64,000 nucleotides of DNA from Bdellovibrionales bacterium. GTDB lineage: Bacteria; Bdellovibrionota; Bdellovibrionia; Bdellovibrionales; Bdellovibrionaceae. Where the stretch lies: contig JANMPT010000097.1 of the NCBI GenBank assembly GCA_031370005.1, forward strand, positions 32,001-96,000, written 5' to 3'. Both the position numbers and the translations under genes were made by a program. Numbering within the stretch: position 1 is the first letter of the stretch; every line of letters starts with the position of its first letter. The notes below the pieces were generated by a model. The model was not told the origin of the DNA and did no database searches. It saw only the letters and a program-made list of their open reading frames with translations. Shown piece by piece: positions 55,848 through 64,000 of the stretch.

Positions 55848-57224
55848 CTAGCTGAGTTCTTTTTCCAAAAACTGTGCTATCTGTTCAGCATACTCAGTGA
55901 TTTTGATTTTACTCGGCCCCTCAACCAGGATTCTTAAAAGTGGTTCCGTTCCAGAATAACGAACAAACAAGCGTCCATCTCCATTTAATTTTTTTTCAAT
56001 CTTCTCAATAAGCTCCGCATATCCTTTAATTTCAGTAAGTTCAATGCGCTTTTTCACACGGCAGTTGATAAGTATCTGAGGAACATCTTCAATAACTTTA
56101 TTAAGCTCGCTAGCTTTTTTTCCAGTTTGTTTCATCACACCTAAAACACTTAAAGCTGCTATACAACCGTCTCCGGTTGTTGATGAGTCCAAAAAGATAA
56201 TATGGCCAGACTGTTCGCCGCCAAGGTTATAACCATGCTTTCTCATCTCTTCCACTACGAATTTATCACCAACTCCGACCTTCACAACTTTGATACCTTG
56301 TTCACTCATCTTTTTTTCAAGTCCGAAGTTACTCATTTGCGTTGCCACGAGAGTGTTTTTTTTAAGCAAGCCATTTTGTTTCATTTGTAGAGCACAGATT
56401 GCAAGTATATGATCGCCATTCATTACTTGGCCTTTTTCATCGACCATGATCACGCGATCCGCGTCCCCATCAAGACTAATTCCTACATCCGCACGATATT
56501 GGACCACGGCTTCTGCAAGTTTTGCTGGATATAGAGCTCCTACTTTGTCATTGATGTTAATCCCATTGGGCTCGTCACCCAATTGAATCACCTCAGCACC
56601 AAGCTCAGAAAAAACCGCTGGGGCTACTTTATAAGCTGCCCCGTGGGCCGTATCAAGAACTATGCGAACTCCATCAAGAGTGTATTCCAGGGGAAAAGTG
56701 GATTTTACATATACAATATAACGCCCTTGAGCATCCTCAATGCGTTTTGTTCGACCAACTTCACGAGAGTGTGGAAGAAAGCGAGTTAACTCCTCGTTTA
56801 AGACCAAATGTTCAATTTCTCGCTCCATATCATCAAGAATTTTAAAACCATCAGCTCCAAAAATTTTAATTCCATTATCTTGAAAAGCGTTGTGAGAAGC
56901 TGAAATAACGATTCCGGCATCCGCACGCATGGTACGAGTAAGATAACCAATTCCTGGAGTTGGAAGAGGCCCCACCAGTTGAACATGAACTCCCATTGAA
57001 TTGAGTCCTGAAGATAAAGCTTGTTCGATCATATACCCAGAAAGTCTAGTATCTTTACCGATTACGACTTTACGAATAGAAGAAGCCCCTGGACGAGCTT
57101 GCTTTTGCAAAAGATAACCAATAGCTTGGCCCACTTTAAGCACAATATCAGGAGTCATGGGAAACTGGTTAGCAGTTCCACGGATTCCATCTGTTCCAAA
57201 TAAACGAGTTGATTTGTCTGACAT
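55848..57224 (-). CDS. glmM: Phosphoglucosamine mutase
   Basis: FGTDGIRG, GKDTRLSG, ISASHN, DGDADR, GGEQSGH, RYSGTEP. Confidence 0.97.
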   Translation of the reverse strand: MSDKSTRLFGTDGIRGTANQFPMTPDIVLKVGQAIGYLLQKQARPGASSIRKVVIGKDTRLSGYMIEQALSSGLNSMGVHVQLVGPLPTPGIGYLTRTMRADAGIVISASHNAFQDNGIKIFGADGFKILDDMEREIEHLVLNEELTRFLPHSREVGRTKRIEDAQGRYIVYVKSTFPLEYTLDGVRIVLDTAHGAAYKVAPAVFSELGAEVIQLGDEPNGININDKVGALYPAKLAEAVVQYRADVGISLDGDADRVIMVDEKGQVMNGDHILAICALQMKQNGLLKKNTLVATQMSNFGLEKKMSEQGIKVVKVGVGDKFVVEEMRKHGYNLGGEQSGHIIFLDSSTTGDGCIAALSVLGVMKQTGKKASELNKVIEDVPQILINCRVKKRIELTEIKGYAELIEKIEKKLNGDGRLFVRYSGTEPLLRILVEGPSKIKITEYAEQIAQFLEKELS

Positions 57225-57232
57225 TATATTTC

Positions 57233-57676
57233 CTACTTAGCTTTAGCAGGATCGGTGTTTTTATTCACTGCTTTTGGTTCAAGTTTATTGGCTACTTCAG
57301 CTCTTATCACATTTGGACGTACTCCTAAAACACGTACTCCCATAGGGATTTCGATCTTATTGAGGGGTACATCAACGTCTAAGACCCCTTCACCTCGCCC
57401 AGAAATGTCGATAAGAATACTCTGAGTCTGTGGATTGTCCATAAATTTCTTAAGAGCTTCACGCGGCCCAGAAACTTTCACACGGATATTGTCCGCCGTC
57501 TGAGCCACTACAACTTGTTTCGGGCCGACCTGTAACTCAATATCTATTTTTTTGCTCAGAACAAAATCACGACGCCCTAAAATGGTTAGCCACAGAATCA
57601 ATGAAATGAATAATGCAACCATCTTGTAGTTAAAGTTCTCTGTTATATAGGAGCTCCATTGCTTTTTCATTATCAC
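57233..57676 (-). CDS. cdaR: CdaR/YbbR-like regulator (single YbbR domain)
   Basis: N-terminal TM (KMVALFISLILW), VKVSGP motif, position between cdaA and glmM. Confidence 0.8.
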   Translation of the reverse strand: MIMKKQWSSYITENFNYKMVALFISLILWLTILGRRDFVLSKKIDIELQVGPKQVVVAQTADNIRVKVSGPREALKKFMDNPQTQSILIDISGRGEGVLDVDVPLNKIEIPMGVRVLGVRPNVIRAEVANKLEPKAVNKNTDPAKAK

Positions 57677-58485
57677 GGAACAGCCTCCCCTTGCTGGAAA
57701 GCTTTGTACTTTAAGCCATAAGTTTCATAAAGGATTTTTCGAATATCGCCTAACTCAGCATTCGCAGTTAAATGCCCTCCCTGAACAATACCAATGGACT
57801 TATTTTCCTCGCTCACAACAAAAACCAAAGCATCAGTTTCTTCAGTCAGCCCAATGGCGGCACGATGACGTGTTCCTAGATTTTTATCTAAAGCTGGGTT
57901 TTTACTAAGTGGTAAAAAGCAGCCTGCTGAGTGTATTTTTCCGCTCCGAACTAGCAATGCACCGTCATGCATAGGACCTGTTGGATGAAAAATAGAAGTA
58001 ATAAGCTCGGCCGAAACCTTTGCGTCGATCTCAGTTCCAAATTCAATATGGTAATCAATTAAAATTTCACGCTCAACCACGATCAAGGCTCCATAACCCT
58101 TTTGTGCAGTCGCAATAATTCCCTTCGCTATTTCTTCAATTACATGAGTTTCCTGAGCTAATGAAACATCCGTGAAAAAGGGATTACTTCCAATATGAGC
58201 TAGAGCTCTACGAATCTCACCCTGGAATAAGATAACTACGATCACAAATAAATTTGAAAAGAATTTTTCTAAAATCCAATTGAATGTAAAAAGTTCGAGC
58301 CAAATACTTAGAATATAGCCGATAGCCAGGACACCTAAGCCCGAAAGCATCTGGATAGTCCCTGTTCGCTTGATCAGAACTAAAACACGATACACCACCA
58401 TCCAAACCAAGATCATATCTATTAAATCTTGGATTCGGAGATGGGATACTATGAATACTAAATTATCTAAAAATTGTTGAAACAC
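57673..58485 (-). CDS. cdaA: Membrane diadenylate cyclase
   Basis: Three TM segments, FQGEIRRAL, GALIV, HDGA, LGTRHRAAIG, VVSEE. Confidence 0.95.
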   Translation of the reverse strand: MFQQFLDNLVFIVSHLRIQDLIDMILVWMVVYRVLVLIKRTGTIQMLSGLGVLAIGYILSIWLELFTFNWILEKFFSNLFVIVVILFQGEIRRALAHIGSNPFFTDVSLAQETHVIEEIAKGIIATAQKGYGALIVVEREILIDYHIEFGTEIDAKVSAELITSIFHPTGPMHDGALLVRSGKIHSAGCFLPLSKNPALDKNLGTRHRAAIGLTEETDALVFVVSEENKSIGIVQGGHLTANAELGDIRKILYETYGLKYKAFQQGEAVP

Positions 58486-58508
58486 TCTCTAACACTAGCA
58501 CTAGTTAT

Positions 58509-60464
58509 TTAGATTGTCACAGGGCCAGAATTACCCATTGGATCTCCGGCTGGTTTCTTATCCGTAGAAGCTAAACCGGCAGTAACACCTAGACCACCGC
58601 CGCCTTTTTTGTTGGCGCGGACTTTTTCAATTTCACCAATAGAAGCTCCATTGATTAGCATCGAAACCTCATGACCATCGATAGTTTCATACTCAATTAG
58701 TGCTTGAGATAAACGATCTAAAGATTCTCTATTCTCAGTTAGAATCTTTAGCGCTTTTTTGTAGCCCTCGCCAATAATACGAGAAACTTCGTGGTCAATT
58801 TCTTCAGCCTTCGACTCAGAATAATCCTTTGTTTTCTGGCCATATTGCATACCCAAAAAGACAGGTCCTTCGCCTTTTTCATAAGCCAAAGGTCCAAGCT
58901 TCTCACTCATTCCCCATTCACAAACCATGCGTCTAGCAATGGCTGTTGCGCGCTCAATATCATTGGCAGCACCCGCCGTCACATCTTTATAAATTAATTC
59001 TTCAGCTGCGCGTCCACCAAACGCAAAGGCAATCCAGTTCTCAGCCTGAGATTTAGAGAAACTGACAGAGTCTTTCTCTGGCAGCGTTTGAGTTAAGCCC
59101 AAGGCCATGCCACGAGGAATGATTGTCACTTTGTGGATTGGATCCAGTCCAGGGATCAAGCATCCGACAAGGGTATGGCCTGCTTCATGATAGGCCGTCA
59201 TTTTCTTATCCTCATCTGAAATCACCATGGATTTTCTTTCAGCACCCATCAAGACTCTATCTTTGGCTTTTTCAAAATCTTCCATCTCGAGATATTTTTT
59301 ATCAGTGCGAGCAGCCACCAAGGCAGCTTCGTTCACAAGATTTTCTAAATCGGCACCAGAAAATCCAGGAGTCCCACGAGCGATTTTCGAAGTATCCACA
59401 TCAGGTCCTAAGGGAGTCTTCTTCATGTGAACGCCAAGGATTTGTTCACGACCTTTAAGATCTGGTTTATTCACTACCACGCGGCGATCAAAACGACCAG
59501 GACGCAACAATGCTGGATCCAAAACATCTGGACGATTGGTTGCAGCAATCAGAATAACGCCTTCGTTGGACTCAAAACCATCCATTTCAACGAGCAGCTG
59601 ATTGAGGGTTTGTTCACGTTCATCGTGCCCTCCACCCATGCCTGCACCGCGATGGCGTCCCACTGCATCGATCTCATCAATAAAGATTAAACATGGGGCA
59701 TTCTTCTTGCCTTGTTCGAATAAATCACGAACGCGACTGGCGCCCACGCCGACGAACATCTCAACAAAGTCAGAACCAGAAATTGTAAAGAATGGCACTC
59801 CAGCTTCACCGGCCACAGCTCTGGCAAGTAAAGTTTTACCGGTTCCGGGAGAACCCACAAGCAAAACCCCCTTGGGAATATGTCCACCAAGTTTAGTATA
59901 TTTTTTTGGGTCCTTAAGGAAACTCACGATTTCTTGAAGATCATCTTTTGCTTCGTCAACGCCCGCAACTTCTTTAAAGGTCACGCGATTTTTATGTTCT
60001 GTCAGCATTCGCGCACGGCTTTTACCAAAAGACATTGCCTTACCGCCTCCGGCTTGAATCTGCCTCATAATAAAAAAGAAAAGGCCCACAATCAAAAGTA
60101 GTGGCAACCAGTTTACTAAAAAAGACTGAAGGAAGTTATTAGTATCCGCTCTTTCGTAATTTGGAGTGATACCATTTGCAACAAAGAACTTATAACCCTC
60201 ATCTTGAGTATTACCTACAATGCTGAATTTTGTGGCACCATTATATTTTTTAGCAAAATCAGGTTTGACCTCGCCCAAAATCTCACTGGTCTCCTGACGA
60301 AATGTAATATCAGAAATTTCCCCAGCCTTGACCGCATCTACCAACTTTGAATAGGTAAAATCAGGAATTGTTTTCTGATGCTTATTTTCATAAGCGTGAA
60401 AGAAAAAAACCACCATGATAATCAGAAAAAACCACAGGGCCAAAGTCTTTTGAGTCGATCGCAT
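58509..60464 (-). CDS. ftsH: ATP-dependent zinc metalloprotease FtsH
   Basis: Two TM segments, [31 protein letters not shown]. Confidence 0.98.
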   Translation of the reverse strand: MRSTQKTLALWFFLIIMVVFFFHAYENKHQKTIPDFTYSKLVDAVKAGEISDITFRQETSEILGEVKPDFAKKYNGATKFSIVGNTQDEGYKFFVANGITPNYERADTNNFLQSFLVNWLPLLLIVGLFFFIMRQIQAGGGKAMSFGKSRARMLTEHKNRVTFKEVAGVDEAKDDLQEIVSFLKDPKKYTKLGGHIPKGVLLVGSPGTGKTLLARAVAGEAGVPFFTISGSDFVEMFVGVGASRVRDLFEQGKKNAPCLIFIDEIDAVGRHRGAGMGGGHDEREQTLNQLLVEMDGFESNEGVILIAATNRPDVLDPALLRPGRFDRRVVVNKPDLKGREQILGVHMKKTPLGPDVDTSKIARGTPGFSGADLENLVNEAALVAARTDKKYLEMEDFEKAKDRVLMGAERKSMVISDEDKKMTAYHEAGHTLVGCLIPGLDPIHKVTIIPRGMALGLTQTLPEKDSVSFSKSQAENWIAFAFGGRAAEELIYKDVTAGAANDIERATAIARRMVCEWGMSEKLGPLAYEKGEGPVFLGMQYGQKTKDYSESKAEEIDHEVSRIIGEGYKKALKILTENRESLDRLSQALIEYETIDGHEVSMLINGASIGEIEKVRANKKGGGGLGVTAGLASTDKKPAGDPMGNSGPVTI

Positions 60465-60556
60465 ACTTTCTCCTTCTTGAGAAATACCTTAAAAGCCTAA
60501 CACGGAAGATTTATGGTCACAAGCCTGCCAGCGCTTTATGGTAATTTACGACAAAT

Positions 60557-61489
60557 CTATTCTGATTTCTGGACCAGAATTTGCTGTGCGTTAACTAGCC
60601 AATTAGCACCACCGATTCTAAAGGTGAGTTCTTTTTGTGAATTGTCCAGTCGCTTTTGAATTTCTTCGAGTAGTGATTGAGAAAAATTCTGCTGCTGAAA
60701 CCCCAGCAAATACTGCGCAAGAGCCTGCTTTTGTTGGGCTTTAGACAAAGCTAAATAATGGGGTCTTGAAAGATAGTTATCTTTAAAAACCTCTAGCGGA
60801 AGTGAACATTCCTCGAAGGTTTCAACTAGAATCTCAAGGGAGCGCGCCAAACTGTTTACGGCTCCTTTTTGGCGATTTTCTAGATCAGCAAGCCAAGACT
60901 GGCGGAGCCAGTTTCTAAGTGGCTTGAGGTCATTGTTTGTTGGGTCCTGAACAGCTTCAAGCGAAAATTCCTTAAGGTAGTCTTTTAAATCATTTTTTGA
61001 AATTTTTAAAAACGGACGAAAACATTCTGCCTGCAGAACTTTCATCGCCATGAGCCCTTGAGGACCTGTGCCGCGGATCAGTCTCAATAAACGAGTTTCT
61101 AATAAGTCCTCTCTATGATGTGCTAAAGCAAGCACATCAGCCATTATTTGCAATCTCACCTCTGTTAATGAGCCACGACGAAAATCTCGTAGCTCAGCTT
61201 CAGAGTTCAGCACAGCTCCTAGATTCTTTCTATTGTAAAACGGAATCTCGTGAATTTCACAAAACTTGCGACAAAAGCTTTCAGCATGATCGCGATATTC
61301 TTCATCCCCGCCAGTACCATGATGAACGTAACAAGCATATATACCTGTTTTTTTTACGCGATGAAGTGACCATAAAAGAGATAAAGAATCCACCCCTCCT
61401 GAAAAACCAACAAGTATTTTCTGATCTAAAAGACTATTTTCTTTTAATTCTTTCCACAGGTGATGCTCAAGTGCTAGCCAATTATTCAA
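60557..61489 (-). CDS. tilS: tRNA(Ile)-lysidine synthetase
   Basis: GFSGGVDS, SEAELR..R, AHHREDLLET.L.RLIRGTG..GL, DPTN, RNWLR. Probable TTG start 61489. Confidence 0.9.
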   Translation of the reverse strand: MNNWLALEHHLWKELKENSLLDQKILVGFSGGVDSLSLLWSLHRVKKTGIYACYVHHGTGGDEEYRDHAESFCRKFCEIHEIPFYNRKNLGAVLNSEAELRDFRRGSLTEVRLQIMADVLALAHHREDLLETRLLRLIRGTGPQGLMAMKVLQAECFRPFLKISKNDLKDYLKEFSLEAVQDPTNNDLKPLRNWLRQSWLADLENRQKGAVNSLARSLEILVETFEECSLPLEVFKDNYLSRPHYLALSKAQQKQALAQYLLGFQQQNFSQSLLEEIQKRLDNSQKELTFRIGGANWLVNAQQILVQKSE

Positions 61490-61490
61490 A

Positions 61491-62825
61491 CTAAATGCCT
61501 CGCGCGATGGATTTAATATTACAGAATTCATAAAAGCCAAAATTTCCAAGCTCACGACCATGGCCAGAGTCCTTTACTCCACCAAAAGGCAAGCGAGCAT
61601 CAGATTTTAAAAAGTCATTAACAACAACAAAACCAGCATCCATTTTTTCTGCAACCAATTCCAGAGCCTTTTCTGGGTTCCCAGAAAAAATCCCCCCGCC
61701 TAAACCAAAGGGCGATGAATTTGCTATCTCAAAGGCCTCATCAACACTATCAGCCTTTAATACAATTGCGACGGGACCGAAAAGTTCTTCCATATGAATT
61801 TCGGGATCATTCTTATCAAAGACCAAGAGCGTTGGAGGATAAAATGCACCCACGCTGGAGGGAATGGTTCCGCCGAGATGTACCTTTCCAGAAAGTCTTT
61901 TCATTTTCTCGACCTGTTCTTGAAGTTGTGTTTGAAACTTTATACTAGCCAATGGCAGACTCGGATAGGTAGATAGCTCTGCCTTCATTTGTTTGACGAA
62001 GTTCTCATAAACATCTTTATGTGCTATAAATCTTTTTGCAGCAATACAACTTTGCCCATTATTGATCATTCTCCCTTTTGCACAGATTTTTGCTGATTTT
62101 TCGATATCAGCATCCGCCATAATAATATATGCATCACTGCCACCCAACTCCAATACGGTTTTCTTCAAAGCTTCACCAGCAATCTTTGCGACCTCCCGCC
62201 CCCCACGAGTACTTCCTGTGAAAGTCACACCTCTGATTTTTGGATTATGAATCAATCGTGCGGCTTCAGAGTGATCAATATGCAAATTAAAAACAATTTG
62301 TTCGTCGTAAATATTACTGCAAAGCTCTTCAATCTTCGAAGCACATCCAGCTGTTAAGTCAGAGTGCTTGAGCAAAACGACATTGCCAATCATAATGGAA
62401 GGAGCAGCGAAGCGAATAAACTGCCAAAATGGAAAATTCCATGGCATGATAGAAAAAACAATTCCCAAAGGCTCAAAGCGTACTTCGCTGTATGCATAGT
62501 TTGCAGATATCGGTTGAGGTTTTAAAAACTCAGGACCCATTTCTGCAAAATAATCACAGGCCATTGCGCATTTTTCAATTTCAGCAATTCCCTCAGCGAG
62601 AACCTTGCCCATTTCTTGATGCATCAATAAAGCGAGTTCATTTTTATGCTCGCGAAGGTTCTTTGCCAATTTTTTTAAAGACTCTGCTCTGCGAGAAATT
62701 GAAACTTGCCGCCATGCTTGTAGGCTGTAGGAGGCTTTTTCAACAATGGCATCAATTTCTTTAAGACTGAGATAATTGTATGTCTGGACCACTTCACCTG
62801 TGGCTGGATTAATTGTCTGAAACAT
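61491..62825 (-). CDS. NAD(P)-dependent succinate-semialdehyde dehydrogenase (Sad/GabD1-like)
   Basis: INPATGE, IMPWNFPFWQ, FTGS, LELGGSD, NNGQSCIAAKRF, EELFGP, PFGGVKDSG.GRELG. Confidence 0.92.
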   Translation of the reverse strand: MFQTINPATGEVVQTYNYLSLKEIDAIVEKASYSLQAWRQVSISRRAESLKKLAKNLREHKNELALLMHQEMGKVLAEGIAEIEKCAMACDYFAEMGPEFLKPQPISANYAYSEVRFEPLGIVFSIMPWNFPFWQFIRFAAPSIMIGNVVLLKHSDLTAGCASKIEELCSNIYDEQIVFNLHIDHSEAARLIHNPKIRGVTFTGSTRGGREVAKIAGEALKKTVLELGGSDAYIIMADADIEKSAKICAKGRMINNGQSCIAAKRFIAHKDVYENFVKQMKAELSTYPSLPLASIKFQTQLQEQVEKMKRLSGKVHLGGTIPSSVGAFYPPTLLVFDKNDPEIHMEELFGPVAIVLKADSVDEAFEIANSSPFGLGGGIFSGNPEKALELVAEKMDAGFVVVNDFLKSDARLPFGGVKDSGHGRELGNFGFYEFCNIKSIARGI

Positions 62826-62860
62826 ATGAACACCTCCACTCGGGAGGGATCATAGCGCGC

Positions 62861-63088
62861 TTAGATCTCCAAGAAAACCTGATAAAACGAGATGACAAGG
62901 GCTAGCAAAAAACAGCCCGTCATAATTCCCCAAGAAAAAACCCTATATGCTTTACCAACTCTTAGCGCACTTTTCGTATAATTTGTGCTATTAAACACGG
63001 GAATTGGAACTAGCATGGCTTTCATAAACTGATGCGCACATGCGCAAAAAAGTGTGACTGATATAAGTGAAAGTAAATATGTATTCAT
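62861..63088 (-). CDS. Small two-TM membrane protein
   Basis: Two hydrophobic segments; GCCGATAA sigma28 -10 element 7 nt upstream. Confidence 0.55.
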   Translation of the reverse strand: MNTYLLSLISVTLFCACAHQFMKAMLVPIPVFNSTNYTKSALRVGKAYRVFSWGIMTGCFLLALVISFYQVFLEI

Positions 63089-63150
63089 AACTCACTTATC
63101 GGCTCAAAATGAGAATAATAGAGTCTAGTTCAAGCAGTGCCGGACTCTTG

Positions 63151-63522
63151 CTATGAGTCTTTTGCTGGGGGATCTTTTTTGAGGATCTCGACTTCCGCCG
63201 AGATTTTAAACTTATGGGTTTCAGCAAATCTGGAGAGCTCCTTCACAAAATCAATTTTCTGGATCATTGCTACGACCTCTTTACTCATGCGCTGAGTGAT
63301 TTCATCTTTAGATTTTGAAGCGCTTTGTAAGAGCGCTTGAAGGACTTCTTTAGGAAGTTTTATCTCACCAAGATAACCACGGATACTTTCCTCCGTAAGA
63401 AAAGCAGCGCTAATACCCACGGTAAAAACCTTTTTAAGCGCCTCGGTAAGAAGAGACTTTCCATCTTCAGCTTTGCTCTCGCCGATATCTTTCTTTGAAG
63501 TAGGTTTTCCGTCAGAGGTCAT
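63151..63522 (-). CDS. Hypothetical helical (phasin-like) protein
   Basis: KKVFTVGISAAFLTEE..KLPKE amphipathic helices; co-oriented with the SRPBCC gene. Confidence 0.6.
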   Translation of the reverse strand: MTSDGKPTSKKDIGESKAEDGKSLLTEALKKVFTVGISAAFLTEESIRGYLGEIKLPKEVLQALLQSASKSKDEITQRMSKEVVAMIQKIDFVKELSRFAETHKFKISAEVEILKKDPPAKDS

Positions 63523-63533
63523 AATTCAATTCC

Positions 63534-63965
63534 TTATTTTCTGTAAATCTGAGCAACCCGTTTATGATATGCACTCATCATTCCAGGTAAATTGACACTG
63601 ACGAGGGCATTGGCAATAGGACTTGGGACAAACATACTGAATGTCGCCTCTATCGTATATACTGCACGACATTTTCCGGCCTCGTCCTCCAACTTCCAAG
63701 AACCAATGGCTGTTTTAAACAAATCACCGCCAGCAAACTCCCAGTTAATTGAGTTCGGTGAATTTTCAGTCATCCACATAGAATATTTAAAGGATTTAAT
63801 CACAGAAACATTGTACTCAACAAGTTTTCGATTACCCTCAGTTTTAACAATTTTGCATTGCTTAACCTCTTGAAGGAACTCATGGTACCTCTCGTAATCA
63901 GAGATAACTTTAAAAAACTCTTCCGTTGTACAATTGAAAACTTCTGTTGTAGATGCTTTAGCCAT
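63534..63965 (-). CDS. SRPBCC / polyketide-cyclase (Coq10/RatA-like) protein
   Basis: FFKVISDYERYHEFL..VK.C, GSWKL, C-terminal helix; START-like fold pattern. Confidence 0.85.
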   Translation of the reverse strand: MAKASTTEVFNCTTEEFFKVISDYERYHEFLQEVKQCKIVKTEGNRKLVEYNVSVIKSFKYSMWMTENSPNSINWEFAGGDLFKTAIGSWKLEDEAGKCRAVYTIEATFSMFVPSPIANALVSVNLPGMMSAYHKRVAQIYRK

Positions 63966-64000
63966 AAAACAAGTTTTGCGGACTCACCGATGGGTGTCAA

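Noticed and set aside
63534..63965. RatA/PasT toxin of a toxin-antitoxin pair
   Set aside because: No RatB/RnfH ubiquitin-like partner is visible in the window; only the generic SRPBCC fold is supported.
1..64000. tRNA/rRNA genes, prophage, integrase, frameshifted pseudogenes
   Set aside because: Intergenic gaps are short with no cloverleaf or rRNA signatures seen; the recognised genes appear intact in a single frame.

Overview
A 64-kb, AT-rich, densely coding bacterial chromosome segment. Gene content (GYF_2-PilZ protein, orphan secreted proteins and lipoproteins, cdaA-cdaR-glmM-pdxJ, S2P-trpS-scpAB) points to a Bdellovibrionota (Bdellovibrio-like predator) genome; this assignment is inference. 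Most of it is core housekeeping: kup, class Ia nrdAB, trpS/scpAB, dppABCDF, yebC, sufE, glnD-like, mutS, a peptidoglycan-recycling block (ldcA, serine hydrolase, mpl), purB, iscS-mnmA-mtaB-rnc-era-der, tsaE, pdxJ, glmM, c-di-AMP synthase cdaA/cdaR, ftsH and tilS. I saw no rRNA, tRNA, CRISPR array, transposase or prophage gene. The most interesting signals are: (i) a repeated palindrome GTCTCA-N3-TGAGAC, almost always in or next to intergenic DNA, which twice sits in a complete enhancer-IHF-sigma54 layout before small exported proteins and also sits near three sigma28-like promoters; (ii) an SdpA/SdpB(HTTM)-like membrane pair with no SdpC, followed by a Cys-paired lipoprotein; (iii) a tight divergent pair of an MnmL/YtqA-type radical SAM enzyme and a stand-alone MnmC-type methyltransferase; (iv) an SDR plus type-II PTPS pair suggesting a BH4 pathway; (v) a structured nrdA leader with NrdR-like boxes and a terminator-like hairpin; (vi) several apparently leaderless genes. 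All product calls come from motif recognition, not database searches.
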